Shown: positions 11,529-22,520 of the stretch, one piece after another | How positions within the stretch are numbered: position 1 is the stretch's first letter | How the letters are laid out: every line of letters starts with the position of its first letter | DNA from: Escherichia coli | Lineage (GTDB): Bacteria > Pseudomonadota > Gammaproteobacteria > Enterobacterales > Enterobacteriaceae | NCBI RefSeq assembly: GCF_003334355.1 | Contig: NZ_QOWP01000031.1 | DNA: 41,182 bases | Reading direction: 5' to 3' (one strand) | Made by a program: the position numbers and the translations under genes | The notes under the pieces: model-generated | Database searches by the model: none | What the model was told of the DNA's origin: nothing | Seen by the model: only the letters and a program-made list of their open reading frames with translations

Positions 11529-12680
11529 ATGAAAAACAAATTACCGCCATTTATCGAGATTTACCGCGCTCTGATTGCCACACCTTCAATAAGCGCCACG
11601 GAAGAGGCACTCGATCAAAGCAATGCAGATTTAATCACTCTGCTGGCGGACTGGTTTAAAGATTTGGGCTTCAATGTGGAAGTGCAGCCTGTTCCAGGAA
11701 CTCGCAACAAATTCAATATGCTGGCAAGTATCGGACAGGGGGCTGGCGGCTTGTTGCTGGCGGGGCATACCGATACGGTGCCATTTGATGACGGTCGCTG
11801 GACGCGCGATCCGTTTACACTGACGGAGCATGACGGCAAGCTTTACGGCTTAGGCACCGCCGACATGAAAGGCTTTTTTGCGTTTATCCTTGATGCGCTA
11901 CGCGATGTCGACGTCACGAAACTGAAAAAACCGCTCTACATTCTGGCGACTGCTGATGAAGAAACCAGTATGGCCGGAGCGCGTTATTTTGCCGAAACTA
12001 CCGCCCTGCGCCCGGATTGCGCCATCATTGGCGAACCGACGTCACTACAACCGGTACGCGCACATAAAGGTCATATCTCTAACGCCATCCGTATTCAGGG
12101 CCAGTCGGGGCACTCCAGCGATCCAGCACGCGGAGTTAACGCTATCGAACTAATGCACGACGCCATCGGGCATATTTTGCAATTGCGCGATAACCTGAAA
12201 GAACGTTATCACTACGAAGCGTTTACCGTGCCATACCCTACGCTCAACCTCGGGCATATTCACGGTGGCGACGCTTCTAACCGTATTTGCGCTTGCTGTG
12301 AGTTGCATATGGATATTCGTCCGCTGCCTGGCATGACACTCAATGAACTTAATGGTTTGCTCAACGATGCATTGGCTCCGGTGAGCGAACGCTGGCCGGG
12401 CCGTCTGACGGTCGACGAGCTGCATCCGCCGATCCCTGGCTATGAATGCCCACCGAATCATCAACTGGTTGAAGTGGTTGAGAAATTGCTCGGAGCAAAA
12501 ACCGAAGTGGTGAATTACTGTACCGAAGCGCCGTTTATTCAAACGTTATGCCCGACGCTGGTGCTCGGTCCGGGTTCCATCAATCAAGCTCATCAGCCTG
12601 ATGAATATCTGGAGACGCGGTTTATTAAACCCACCCGTGAGTTGATTATCCAGGTAATTCACCATTTTTGCTGGCATTAA
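11529..12680 (+). CDS. argE: Acetylornithine deacetylase ArgE
   Basis: ORF-track protein trimmed to [26 protein letters not shown]... (383 aa); M20 peptidase family; atg at 11529. Confidence 0.9.
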   Translation: MKNKLPPFIEIYRALIATPSISATEEALDQSNADLITLLADWFKDLGFNVEVQPVPGTRNKFNMLASIGQGAGGLLLAGHTDTVPFDDGRWTRDPFTLTEHDGKLYGLGTADMKGFFAFILDALRDVDVTKLKKPLYILATADEETSMAGARYFAETTALRPDCAIIGEPTSLQPVRAHKGHISNAIRIQGQSGHSSDPARGVNAIELMHDAIGHILQLRDNLKERYHYEAFTVPYPTLNLGHIHGGDASNRICACCELHMDIRPLPGMTLNELNGLLNDALAPVSERWPGRLTVDELHPPIPGYECPPNHQLVEVVEKLLGAKTEVVNYCTEAPFIQTLCPTLVLGPGSINQAHQPDEYLETRFIKPTRELIIQVIHHFCWH

Positions 12681-12683
12681 AAC

Positions 12684-12785
12684 GTAGGCCGGATAAGGCG
12701 CTCGCGCCGCATCCGGCACCGTTGCCAAACTCCTGTGCCGCAATAATGTCGGATGCGATACTTGCGCATCTTATCCGACCTACAC
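12684..12785. repeat. REP/BIME cluster (two inverted REP units)
   Basis: GTAGGCCGGATAAGGCGCTCGCGCCGCATCCGGCAC and GTCGGATGCGATACTTGCGCATCTTATCCGAC: imperfect palindromes with the GCCGGATAAGGCG...CATCCGGC REP signature. Confidence 0.8.
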
Positions 12786-13031
12786 CTTTGGTGTTACTTG
12801 GGGCGATTTTTTAACATTTCCATAAGTTACGCTTATTTAAAGCGTCGTGAATTTAATGACGTAAATTCCTGCTATTTATTCGTTTGCTGAAGCGATTTCG
12901 CAGCATTTGACGTCACCGCTTTTACGTGGCTTTATAAAAGACGACGAAAAACAAAGCCCGAGCATATTCGCGCCAATGCGACGTGAAGGATACAGGGCTA
13001 TCAAACGATAAGATGGGGTGTCTGGGGTAAT

Positions 13032-15683
13032 ATGAACGAACAATATTCCGCATTGCGTAGTAATGTCAGTATGCTCGGCAAAGTGCTGGGAGAAACCATC
13101 AAGGATGCGTTGGGAGAACACATTCTTGAACGCGTAGAAACTATCCGTAAGTTGTCGAAATCTTCACGCGCTGGCAATGATGCTAACCGCCAGGAGTTGC
13201 TCACTACCTTACAAAATTTGTCGAACGACGAGCTGCTGCCCGTTGCGCGTGCGTTTAGTCAGTTCCTGAACCTGGCCAACACCGCCGAGCAATACCACAG
13301 CATTTCGCCGAAAGGCGAAGCTGCCAGCAACCCGGAAGTGATCGCCCGCACCCTGCGTAAACTGAAAAACCAGCCGGAACTGAGCGAAGACACCATCAAA
13401 AAAGCAGTGGAATCGCTGTCGCTGGAACTGGTCCTCACGGCTCACCCAACCGAAATTACCCGTCGTACACTGATCCACAAAATGGTGGAAGTGAACGCCT
13501 GTTTAAAACAGCTCGATAACAAAGATATCGCTGACTACGAACACAACCAGCTGATGCGTCGCCTGCGCCAGTTGATCGCCCAGTCATGGCATACCGATGA
13601 AATCCGTAAGCTGCGTCCAAGCCCGGTAGATGAAGCCAAATGGGGCTTTGCCGTAGTGGAAAACAGCCTGTGGCAAGGCGTACCAAATTACCTGCGCGAA
13701 CTGAACGAACAACTGGAAGAGAACCTCGGCTACAAACTGCCCGTCGAATTTGTTCCGGTCCGTTTTACTTCGTGGATGGGCGGCGACCGCGACGGCAACC
13801 CGAACGTCACTGCCGATATCACCCGCCACGTCCTGCTACTCAGCCGCTGGAAAGCCACCGATTTGTTCCTGAAAGATATTCAGGTGCTGGTTTCTGAACT
13901 GTCGATGGTTGAAGCGACCCCTGAACTGCTGGCGCTGGTTGGCGAAGAAGGTGCCGCAGAACCGTATCGCTATCTGATGAAAAACCTGCGTTCTCGCCTG
14001 ATGGCGACACAGGCATGGCTGGAAGCGCGCCTGAAAGGCGAAGAACTGCCAAAACCAGAAGGCCTGCTGACACAAAACGAAGAACTGTGGGAACCGCTCT
14101 ACGCTTGCTACCAGTCACTTCAGGCGTGTGGCATGGGTATTATCGCCAACGGCGATCTGCTCGACACCCTGCGCCGCGTGAAATGTTTCGGCGTACCGCT
14201 GGTCCGTATTGATATCCGTCAGGAGAGCACGCGTCATACCGAAGCGCTGGGCGAGCTGACCCGCTACCTCGGTATCGGCGACTACGAAAGCTGGTCAGAG
14301 GCCGACAAACAGGCGTTCCTGATCCGCGAACTGAACTCCAAACGTCCGCTTCTGCCGCGCAACTGGCAACCAAGCGCCGAAACGCGCGAAGTGCTCGATA
14401 CCTGCCAGGTGATTGCCGAAGCACCGCAAGGCTCCATTGCCGCCTACGTGATCTCGATGGCGAAAACGCCGTCCGACGTACTGGCTGTCCACCTGCTGCT
14501 GAAAGAAGCGGGTATCGGGTTTGCGATGCCGGTTGCTCCGCTGTTTGAAACCCTCGATGATCTGAACAACGCCAACGATGTCATGACCCAGCTGCTCAAT
14601 ATTGACTGGTATCGTGGCCTGATTCAGGGCAAACAGATGGTGATGATTGGCTATTCCGACTCAGCAAAAGATGCGGGAGTGATGGCAGCTTCCTGGGCGC
14701 AATATCAGGCACAGGATGCATTAATCAAAACCTGCGAAAAAGCGGGTATTGAGCTGACGTTGTTCCACGGTCGCGGCGGTTCCATTGGTCGCGGCGGCGC
14801 ACCTGCTCATGCGGCGCTGCTGTCACAACCGCCAGGAAGCCTGAAAGGCGGCCTGCGCGTAACCGAACAGGGCGAGATGATCCGCTTTAAATATGGTCTG
14901 CCAGAAATCACCGTCAGCAGCCTGTCGCTTTATACCGGGGCGATTCTGGAAGCCAACCTGCTGCCACCGCCGGAGCCGAAAGAGAGCTGGCGTCGCATTA
15001 TGGATGAACTGTCAGTCATCTCCTGCGATGTCTACCGCGGCTACGTACGTGAAAACAAAGATTTTGTGCCTTACTTCCGCTCCGCTACGCCGGAACAAGA
15101 ACTGGGCAAACTGCCGTTGGGTTCACGTCCGGCGAAACGTCGCCCAACCGGCGGCGTCGAGTCACTACGCGCCATTCCGTGGATCTTCGCCTGGACGCAA
15201 AACCGTCTGATGCTCCCCGCCTGGCTGGGTGCAGGTACGGCGCTGCAAAAAGTGGTCGAAGACGGCAAACAGAGCGAGCTGGAGGCTATGTGCCGCGATT
15301 GGCCATTCTTCTCGACGCGTCTCGGCATGCTGGAGATGGTCTTCGCCAAAGCAGACCTGTGGCTGGCGGAATACTATGACCAACGCCTGGTAGACAAAGC
15401 ACTGTGGCCGTTAGGTAAAGAGTTACGCAACCTGCAAGAAGAAGACATCAAAGTGGTGCTGGCGATTGCCAACGATTCCCATCTGATGGCCGATCTGCCG
15501 TGGATTGCAGAGTCTATTCAGCTACGGAATATTTACACCGACCCGCTGAACGTATTGCAGGCCGAGTTGCTGCACCGCTCCCGCCAGGCAGAAAAAGAAG
15601 GCCAGGAACCGGATCCTCGCGTCGAACAAGCGTTAATGGTCACTATTGCCGGGATTGCGGCAGGTATGCGTAATACCGGCTAA
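13032..15683 (+). CDS. ppc: Phosphoenolpyruvate carboxylase Ppc
   Basis: 883-aa ORF ([30 protein letters not shown]...), ending ...GMRNTG as in remembered Ppc. Confidence 0.95.
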   Translation: MNEQYSALRSNVSMLGKVLGETIKDALGEHILERVETIRKLSKSSRAGNDANRQELLTTLQNLSNDELLPVARAFSQFLNLANTAEQYHSISPKGEAASNPEVIARTLRKLKNQPELSEDTIKKAVESLSLELVLTAHPTEITRRTLIHKMVEVNACLKQLDNKDIADYEHNQLMRRLRQLIAQSWHTDEIRKLRPSPVDEAKWGFAVVENSLWQGVPNYLRELNEQLEENLGYKLPVEFVPVRFTSWMGGDRDGNPNVTADITRHVLLLSRWKATDLFLKDIQVLVSELSMVEATPELLALVGEEGAAEPYRYLMKNLRSRLMATQAWLEARLKGEELPKPEGLLTQNEELWEPLYACYQSLQACGMGIIANGDLLDTLRRVKCFGVPLVRIDIRQESTRHTEALGELTRYLGIGDYESWSEADKQAFLIRELNSKRPLLPRNWQPSAETREVLDTCQVIAEAPQGSIAAYVISMAKTPSDVLAVHLLLKEAGIGFAMPVAPLFETLDDLNNANDVMTQLLNIDWYRGLIQGKQMVMIGYSDSAKDAGVMAASWAQYQAQDALIKTCEKAGIELTLFHGRGGSIGRGGAPAHAALLSQPPGSLKGGLRVTEQGEMIRFKYGLPEITVSSLSLYTGAILEANLLPPPEPKESWRRIMDELSVISCDVYRGYVRENKDFVPYFRSATPEQELGKLPLGSRPAKRRPTGGVESLRAIPWIFAWTQNRLMLPAWLGAGTALQKVVEDGKQSELEAMCRDWPFFSTRLGMLEMVFAKADLWLAEYYDQRLVDKALWPLGKELRNLQEEDIKVVLAIANDSHLMADLPWIAESIQLRNIYTDPLNVLQAELLHRSRQAEKEGQEPDPRVEQALMVTIAGIAAGMRNTG

Positions 15684-15697
15684 TCTTCCTCTTCTGC

Positions 15698-15728
15698 AAA
15701 CCCTCGTGCTTTTGCGCGAGGGTTTTCT
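15698..15728 (+). terminator. Rho-independent terminator of ppc
   Basis: AAACCCTCG-TGCTTTTGCG-CGAGGGTTT stem-loop followed by TTTTCT, 15 nt after the ppc stop. Confidence 0.7.
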
Positions 15729-15864
15729 GAAATACTTCTGTTCTAACACCCTCGTTTTCAATATATTTCTGTCTGCATTTTATTCAAATTCTGAATATAC
15801 CTTCAGATATCCTTAAGGAATTGTCGTTACATTCGGCGATATTTTTTCAAGACAGGTTCTTACT

Positions 15865-17598
15865 ATGCATTCCACAGAAGTCCAGGCTAAACCTCTTTTT
15901 AGCTGGAAAGCCCTGGGTTGGGCACTGCTCTACTTTTGGTTTTTCTCTACTCTGCTACAGGCCATTATTTACATCAGTGGTTATAGTGGCACTAACGGCA
16001 TTCGCGACTCGCTGTTATTCAGTTCGCTGTGGTTGATCCCGGTATTCCTCTTTCCGAAGCGGATTAAAATTATTGCCGCAGTAATCGGCGTGGTGCTATG
16101 GGCGGCCTCTCTGGCGGCGCTGTGCTACTACGTCATCTACGGTCAGGAGTTCTCGCAGAGCGTTCTGTTTGTGATGTTCGAAACCAACACCAACGAAGCC
16201 AGCGAGTATTTAAGCCAGTATTTCAGCCTGAAAATTGTGCTTATCGCGCTGGCCTATACGGCGGTGGCAGTTCTGCTGTGGACACGCCTGCGCCCGGTCT
16301 ATATTCCAAAGCCGTGGCGTTATGTTGTCTCTTTTGCCCTGCTTTATGGCTTGATTCTGCATCCGATCGCCATGAATACGTTTATCAAAAACAAGCCGTT
16401 TGAGAAAACGTTGGACAACCTGGCCTCGCGTATGGAGCCTGCCGCACCGTGGCAATTCCTGACCGGCTATTATCAGTATCGTCAGCAACTAAACTCGCTA
16501 ACAAAGCTACTGAATGAAAATAATGCCTTGCCGCCGCTGGCTAATTTCAAAGATGAATCGGGTAACGAACCGCGCACCTTAGTGCTGGTGATTGGCGAGT
16601 CAACCCAGCGTGGACGCATGAGTCTGTACGGTTATCCGCGTGAAACCACGCCGGAGCTGGATGCGCTGCATAAAACCGATCCGAATCTGACCGTGTTTAA
16701 TAACGTGGTTACGTCTCGTCCGTACACCATTGAAATCCTGCAACAGGCGCTGACCTTTGCCAATGAAAAGAACCCGGACCTGTATCTGACGCAGCCGTCG
16801 CTGATGAACATGATGAAACAGGCGGGTTATAAAACCTTCTGGATCACCAACCAGCAGACGATGACCGCCCGCAATACCATGCTGACGGTATTTTCGCGCC
16901 AGACCGACAAGCAGTACTACATGAACCAGCAACGTACGCAGAGTGCGCGTGAATACGACACCAACGTGCTGAAGCCGTTCCAGGATGTGCTGAATGACCC
17001 TGCGCCGAAGAAACTGATCATCGTTCATCTGCTGGGTACGCATATCAAATACAAATACCGCTACCCGGAAAATCAGGGCAAGTTTGATGGCAATACCGAT
17101 CATGTTCCGCCAGGATTAAGCGCAGAAGAGCTGGAATCATATAACGATTATGACAACGCTAACCTGTATAACGATCATGTGGTTGCCAGCCTGATTAAAG
17201 ACTTTAAAGCGGCAGACCCGAACGGATTCCTGGTTTACTTCTCTGACCACGGTGAAGAGGTTTACGACACGCCGCCTCATAAAACCCAGGGGCGTAATGA
17301 GGACAACCCGACGCGTCATATGTACACCATTCCGTTCCTGCTGTGGACGTCGGAAAAATGGCAAGCGACTCATCCCCGTGATTTCTCACAGGATGTCGAT
17401 CGTAAATACAGCCTGGCGGAACTGATCTACACCTGGTCAGATTTGGCGGGCTTATCTTACGACGGTTACGATCCAACCCGTTCAGTGGTGAATCCGCAGT
17501 TCAAAGAAACTACCCGCTGGATTGGTAACCCGTACAAGAAAAACGCGCTGATCGATTACGACACACTGCCGTATGGCGATCAGGTGGGTAATCAGTAA
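15865..17598 (+). CDS. eptC: Phosphoethanolamine transferase EptC (YijP)
   Basis: 577-aa ORF with N-terminal multi-TM region and C-terminal sulfatase-like domain; position after ppc as in K-12. Confidence 0.88.
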   Translation: MHSTEVQAKPLFSWKALGWALLYFWFFSTLLQAIIYISGYSGTNGIRDSLLFSSLWLIPVFLFPKRIKIIAAVIGVVLWAASLAALCYYVIYGQEFSQSVLFVMFETNTNEASEYLSQYFSLKIVLIALAYTAVAVLLWTRLRPVYIPKPWRYVVSFALLYGLILHPIAMNTFIKNKPFEKTLDNLASRMEPAAPWQFLTGYYQYRQQLNSLTKLLNENNALPPLANFKDESGNEPRTLVLVIGESTQRGRMSLYGYPRETTPELDALHKTDPNLTVFNNVVTSRPYTIEILQQALTFANEKNPDLYLTQPSLMNMMKQAGYKTFWITNQQTMTARNTMLTVFSRQTDKQYYMNQQRTQSAREYDTNVLKPFQDVLNDPAPKKLIIVHLLGTHIKYKYRYPENQGKFDGNTDHVPPGLSAEELESYNDYDNANLYNDHVVASLIKDFKAADPNGFLVYFSDHGEEVYDTPPHKTQGRNEDNPTRHMYTIPFLLWTSEKWQATHPRDFSQDVDRKYSLAELIYTWSDLAGLSYDGYDPTRSVVNPQFKETTRWIGNPYKKNALIDYDTLPYGDQVGNQ

Positions 17599-17616
17599 TT
17601 ATCAGCCAGGCGCTAT

Positions 17617-17700
17617 TTGCCGGATGCGACGCTTGACGCGTCTTATCCGGCCTACAGATCGCGGCGGTAGGCTGGATAAGGCGTTTACGCCACATCCGGC
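17617..17700. repeat. REP/BIME cluster
   Basis: TGCCGGATGCGACGCTTGACGCGTCTTATCCGGCCTACA ... GGCTGGATAAGGCGTTTACGCCACATCCGGCA: paired REP palindromes. Confidence 0.8.
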
Positions 17701-17812
17701 AATACAACTGCCGCAATGTTTACATCGAACTCCCCTCAGGCCACACTTTTCAGGTGGCCTTTTTTAATAATGCCAGTTACTGTTTTCCCGTCTACATACC
17801 TAAGGGAATAAC

Positions 17813-18664
17813 ATGTATCACGACGTCAGCTATCTGCTCTCCCGCCTGATCAACGGCCCGCTGTCCCTGCGCCAGATTTACTTTGCCAGCAGTAACGGCC
17901 CGGTGCCCGATCTTGCGTATCAGGTCGATTTTCCACGGCTGGAAATTGTGCTGGAAGGTGAGTTTGTTGATACCGGCGCTGGAGCAACGTTAGTTCCCGG
18001 CGATGTGCTGTACGTTGCCGCTGGTGGCTGGAATTTCCCACAATGGAAAACACCCGCTACCACCTTTAGCGTGCTGTTTGGCAAACAGCAACTCGGCTTC
18101 AGCGTCGTGCAATGGGATGGCAAACAATATCAAAATCTGGCGAAGCAACACGTCGCCCGGCGCGGCCCACGCATAGGTTCTTTTCTGCTACAAACGCTCA
18201 ATGAAATGCAAATGCAGCCGCAGGAGCAGCAAACGGCAAGGCTTATCGTCGCCAGCCTGCTTAGCCACTGCCGCGATTTGCTTGGCAGCCAAATCCAGAC
18301 CGCCTCACGCAGCCAGGCACTATTTGAAGCTATTCGCGATTATATCGACGAACGCTATGCCTCCGCGCTTACCCGCGAATCTGTTGCGCAGGCGTTTTAT
18401 ATTTCGCCAAATTACCTCTCGCACCTGTTTCAAAAAACGGGGGCCATTGGTTTTAACGAATACCTGAATCACACGCGACTGGAGCACGCTAAGACGTTAT
18501 TGAAAGGCTATGACCTGAAGGTAAAAGAAGTGGCGCACGCCTGCGGCTTTGTCGACAGCAACTACTTCTGCCGTCTGTTTCGTAAAAACACCGAACGCTC
18601 GCCGTCGGAATATCGTCGGCAGTACCACAGCCAACTGACAGAAAAACCGACTACTCCAGAATAA
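17813..18664 (+). CDS. yijO: AraC/XylS-family transcriptional regulator YijO
   Basis: 283-aa ORF; C-terminal AraC-type HTH recognisable (...YISPNYLSHLFQKTGAIGFNEYLNHTRLEHAKTLL...). Confidence 0.85.
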   Translation: MYHDVSYLLSRLINGPLSLRQIYFASSNGPVPDLAYQVDFPRLEIVLEGEFVDTGAGATLVPGDVLYVAAGGWNFPQWKTPATTFSVLFGKQQLGFSVVQWDGKQYQNLAKQHVARRGPRIGSFLLQTLNEMQMQPQEQQTARLIVASLLSHCRDLLGSQIQTASRSQALFEAIRDYIDERYASALTRESVAQAFYISPNYLSHLFQKTGAIGFNEYLNHTRLEHAKTLLKGYDLKVKEVAHACGFVDSNYFCRLFRKNTERSPSEYRRQYHSQLTEKPTTPE

Positions 18665-18992
18665 GATGGGTTTGCTGCGGCGCAGAAAGCACTTTGCGCA
18701 CCGCGCTCATTACCCGCTGCGGCTCACGCAGGAATGCGTAGATGCTGCATTGCACATAGCGGCAATGTTCAAATCGCTCGGCACCGGCAAGCTCGATATC
18801 CGTAATCAACAGAGCAACATCCGCCCGACGGATATCCTCGTCCGCTAAACGATTCTCCGTTCCCAGCGCGCCCTGAGTTTCAATGCTGACTCCCCACTTC
18901 TCTAACAGGCACAACTTTTCCAGCCGTTCCGCCGCCATATAAGTATGCGCCACGCCACTGACGCAGGCGGTTACTGCCACCAGGTATGCCAT
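18651..18992 (-). CDS. frwD: PTS fructose-like EIIB component FrwD
   Basis: 113-aa ORF with the EIIB motif VTACVSGVAHTYMAAE; convergent 14-bp overlap with the yijO 3' end. Confidence 0.88.
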   Translation of the reverse strand: MAYLVAVTACVSGVAHTYMAAERLEKLCLLEKWGVSIETQGALGTENRLADEDIRRADVALLITDIELAGAERFEHCRYVQCSIYAFLREPQRVMSAVRKVLSAPQQTHLILE

Positions 18993-18993
18993 T

Positions 18994-19872
18994 TTAACCT
19001 CCCACGGTAACCTGAAATCCGGCCCGTTCTGCCATTTCGCGCATCGTTGTCACATCGGCTGACGACGGCGCAGGCACCTCTTTCATCGACCATGTTTTCC
19101 CCAGCAGGCGGTATTTCGGTTCGCCGTACTGATGAAACGGTAACAGATGGATCTGCCTGATTTTCAGCGGGATCAGTACATCCAGCGCCTGCTGCATATT
19201 CTCCCGGCTGAGCGTGAAACCAGGGATCAACGGTAAACGCGGGATCACGTTGACACCCTCACTCACCAGCAAACGCAGATTCTCCAGCACGCGTGGCAGG
19301 TTCATCTTCACCACATCCCGCGCCTGAGTCGCGTCCATAATTTTTAAATCGAACAGCACTTCATCGCACAATTTCGCCAGCGGTAACAGCTTGCTTGCTG
19401 GCGCGTCTCCGGCAGTTTCAATGGCGCATGACACACCCCACAGCCGCAGTCGCTGTAAAAAACGGGTAGCAAACTCCGCCTGCATTAACACTTCGCCGCC
19501 AGAAAGCGTGACGCCGCCGCCGGACGTGCGAAAAAAAATGTCATCTTTCATCACTTCCCGTTCCAGAGCGTCAAGGCTGATATCGCGACCAATCCGTTCA
19601 AACGCCCCGGAGGGGCATTCATCCGCATCACGCAAACATTTCGCACAGTGCAGACATTTCGCCTCTCTGCGTACCGTCTGGATTTTGCCGGAGATCGACT
19701 CCGGATTAGCACACCACGGGCAAAGATGCGGACAGCCTTTAAAAAAGACCACCGTACGAATGCCCTCACCGTCATTCAGTGAATAACGCTGAATGTTGAA
19801 AATGCGCGCCACATCATTGCGGCGCGTTTCCACAACGTTACAGCTGATGCGCTGTCCGGCGGATGATGTCAT
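18994..19872 (-). CDS. pflC: Glycyl-radical enzyme activating enzyme (radical SAM) PflC
   Basis: Trimmed to MTSSAGQRISCNVVETRR... (292 aa); radical-SAM CxxxCxxC in GCPHLCPWCANPE; cat at 19870-19872. Confidence 0.88.
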   Translation of the reverse strand: MTSSAGQRISCNVVETRRNDVARIFNIQRYSLNDGEGIRTVVFFKGCPHLCPWCANPESISGKIQTVRREAKCLHCAKCLRDADECPSGAFERIGRDISLDALEREVMKDDIFFRTSGGGVTLSGGEVLMQAEFATRFLQRLRLWGVSCAIETAGDAPASKLLPLAKLCDEVLFDLKIMDATQARDVVKMNLPRVLENLRLLVSEGVNVIPRLPLIPGFTLSRENMQQALDVLIPLKIRQIHLLPFHQYGEPKYRLLGKTWSMKEVPAPSSADVTTMREMAERAGFQVTVGG

Positions 19873-22135
19873 CCTGGATCTCCTTCGACAGTTCGACAAA
19901 GAAGGCGCTGTATCCGGCAACGCGCACCACCAGCCCGGCATAATCTTGTGGGCGCTGTTGCGCTTCCCGCAACGTGTCGGCGTTCACCACGTTAAACTGA
20001 ATATGTTGTAACTTAAGCTGGGTAAACGCCCGTAAGAAGTCGGCCAGTTTGCGTAATCCCGCTTCACCTTCCAGGGTCGCCGGAGTGAATTTCACGTTCA
20101 GCAATGTACCGTTAGACAGCAGTGTGTTATCGAGCTTACTGACTGACTTCAGTACCGCCGTTGGCCCTTGTGCGTCCTGACCCAGCATAGGTGACAAGCC
20201 GCCGTCTGCCAGCTGTTCTCCGGCAAAACGACCGTCTGGCATCGCGCCAACCACCGATCCCAACGGAACGTGAGCAGAAACGGTATACGATCCCGGCGTG
20301 AAGTAGCCGCCGCGCGGGTTCTGGTATTTTTCCACTTCTTTGCAGTAGTGGCGCAACAGTTCGGCGCTAATGTTATCCACCTCGTCGATATCGTTACCGT
20401 ATTTCTCAAAGCGGTTAATTAAGCGAGCGCGGACTTTTTCGCCTTCTGGCGTTGCAAAGTTGGCTTTTAATACCGACAGCAATTCGTCAAAACTTAAACG
20501 CTGTTGATCAAAAACCATCCCTTTCAACGCATGGAGAGAATCGCTCAGGTTGGCGATACCGATCCCCTGTACGCCGGAGAAGTTATAACGCGCGCCGCCA
20601 TCGGTAATATCGCGGCCTTTTTCCAGACAATCGCTGATAAAAGACGAGAGCAGCGGTACAGGTGCCCAGTCGCGATGGCCGATATCGCAAATATTACTGC
20701 CTTCAACCATCAGGGTGATGTAGTGGCTGATCTTGGCACGGATCTGTTCCAGTAAACCTTCATAAGTCAGCGCGGCATTGCCTTCATTTTCATGCAGGCA
20801 GATTTCCATCACTTTCAGCAGGTTAAACATCGCGATGTCATGCAAGCCGTAGGTTCTGCCGGGAATAGATAATTCCACACAGCCCACTACGGAATAGTCG
20901 CGCGCATCTTCCAGCGAAACGCCACGGTTGAGGAACGCTGGCACCACCACTTCATCGTTAAAGATTTGCGGAATACCGGTGCCGAGGCGAATGGTTTCGG
21001 CGGTTTTCATCAGGAACGGCGTGTCGATCAAGGCGTTAGTGCGCACGCCGAGGTTCGGTTGCGGTAATTGCACGCTTTGATAGGCGTCAAGGCAAAGGAA
21101 CGAAAGCACGTTCACCGCGCTACGTCCGTTCTCGGTTAACCCGCCGAGCAGTGCGGTATAGCCGGTCGGGAAACCGGCGAAATAACGCGCGCTGCTGGTG
21201 GAGCGCAACAGCACGATGTCGTTGCATTTCACCCATAAAGATTCGAGCAGTTCTTTCAGGAACGCCGCATCTTCGCCCTGGGTTAATGATGTCTGATAGA
21301 ACGGCAACATATACTGGTCGAAGCGCCCCAACGATAGCGAACTGGCGTTGGATTCGTATTGCAGAATGATGTTCATGTACCAGAATAACTGGCACGCCTG
21401 CCAGAACGTCTGCGGCTTATGTTGCGCGTTATGGCGGGAGATCTCCGCAATAGTCAGCAGCTCTTCGCGACGCTGGGCATCTGTGCAGTTTGCCGCCATC
21501 GTTTCCGCCAGTTCGGCGTAACGCAAAATGTGTTTCTGCGAGGCTTCCAGCAGTAACAGCGCTGCCTGATAAAAGTGATTCTCCGGCTGTTGCTGACAAT
21601 GTTGCTGCATCTGTGCTACCAGCTCCCCCAGCCCGTGATTCAGCAGGCGTGGGTAATCAATAATAATGTGCCCCTGGCCTTTATCTGTCTGGTTGATGCT
21701 GAAAATCTGCGTGCTGGTCGCGGCTTTTACTTCATCTGTCATCTGCCCGTTGATGAAATCTTTCATCGAACGTTTTTCCCAGTACGGGAACAACTCTTCG
21801 CGGTAGATACGTTTATCTTCTTCGCTGATAGCAAAGCGGTCCTGCGGACGCGTCGGGAATTGATCCAGCTCTTTCAGCAGCCAGTAAGGGTCCATTTCCG
21901 GCGACATAATCCCGGCGCGCGGTTTTACGGTGCGGTTACCGGCAATCAGTTCTTCATCACGAATCGAAATTTCAACATGTTCAAGGATATACGCTGTTGC
22001 TTTCGCCCGGCGCAATATCACCGGTTCGCCTTCGGTTTGCCGATGGCTGGCGGTATAAAGCAGCGCCCGCTCCAGCGAGATTTCACGGGTATTGGAAAAC
22101 AGTGCAGTTTTGAGGCGAGAGATACGATTCGTCAT
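19838..22135 (-). CDS. pflD: Pyruvate formate-lyase-like glycyl radical enzyme PflD
   Basis: 765-aa ORF; C-terminal glycyl-radical motif (VRVAGYSAFF); 3' end overlaps the pflC start by 35 bp. Confidence 0.9.
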   Translation of the reverse strand: MTNRISRLKTALFSNTREISLERALLYTASHRQTEGEPVILRRAKATAYILEHVEISIRDEELIAGNRTVKPRAGIMSPEMDPYWLLKELDQFPTRPQDRFAISEEDKRIYREELFPYWEKRSMKDFINGQMTDEVKAATSTQIFSINQTDKGQGHIIIDYPRLLNHGLGELVAQMQQHCQQQPENHFYQAALLLLEASQKHILRYAELAETMAANCTDAQRREELLTIAEISRHNAQHKPQTFWQACQLFWYMNIILQYESNASSLSLGRFDQYMLPFYQTSLTQGEDAAFLKELLESLWVKCNDIVLLRSTSSARYFAGFPTGYTALLGGLTENGRSAVNVLSFLCLDAYQSVQLPQPNLGVRTNALIDTPFLMKTAETIRLGTGIPQIFNDEVVVPAFLNRGVSLEDARDYSVVGCVELSIPGRTYGLHDIAMFNLLKVMEICLHENEGNAALTYEGLLEQIRAKISHYITLMVEGSNICDIGHRDWAPVPLLSSFISDCLEKGRDITDGGARYNFSGVQGIGIANLSDSLHALKGMVFDQQRLSFDELLSVLKANFATPEGEKVRARLINRFEKYGNDIDEVDNISAELLRHYCKEVEKYQNPRGGYFTPGSYTVSAHVPLGSVVGAMPDGRFAGEQLADGGLSPMLGQDAQGPTAVLKSVSKLDNTLLSNGTLLNVKFTPATLEGEAGLRKLADFLRAFTQLKLQHIQFNVVNADTLREAQQRPQDYAGLVVRVAGYSAFFVELSKEIQDDIIRRTAHQL

Positions 22136-22185
22136 GAGGAACTCCTGTGGGAAAGCGAACCCGCCCTTGCGAGCGGGAGAAGAAC

Positions 22186-22506
22186 TTAAGCGGTTTGCGC
22201 CAGGTGAGCTTCAATTTTGCTCATAATGGCGTCAGCACGTTTTACCGCATCGCTGATGTTGACGCGCACGATGGTCTTGCCAGCAAAACGCTCTTCAAAC
22301 TTGATGCCGATATCTTTGGTCAGAATCACCATATCAGCGCTCGCCACGTCTTCCGCTGTCAGTTCATTTTCCAGACCAATTGACCCCTGGGTTTCTACTT
22401 TCACTTCCCAGCCTTTCGCTTTCGCGGCACTTTCCAGCGCCTCTGCTGCCATATAGGTATGGGCAACACCTGAAGGACATGCGGTTACTGCAATAATTTT
22501 CGTCAT
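22186..22506 (-). CDS. frwB: PTS fructose-like EIIB component FrwB
   Basis: 106-aa ORF with VTACPSGVAHTYMAAEALE; paralogous to FrwD. Confidence 0.88.
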   Translation of the reverse strand: MTKIIAVTACPSGVAHTYMAAEALESAAKAKGWEVKVETQGSIGLENELTAEDVASADMVILTKDIGIKFEERFAGKTIVRVNISDAVKRADAIMSKIEAHLAQTA

Positions 22507-22520
22507 GGCTTGTTCCTCAA

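Noticed and set aside
12150-12542. 130-aa minus-strand ORF inside argE
   Set aside because: Antisense to argE; shadow ORF.
16600-17103. 167-aa minus-strand ORF inside eptC
   Set aside because: Antisense to eptC; shadow ORF.
21575-22189. 204-aa plus-strand ORF inside pflD
   Set aside because: Entirely antisense to the well-supported pflD coding sequence; typical shadow ORF.
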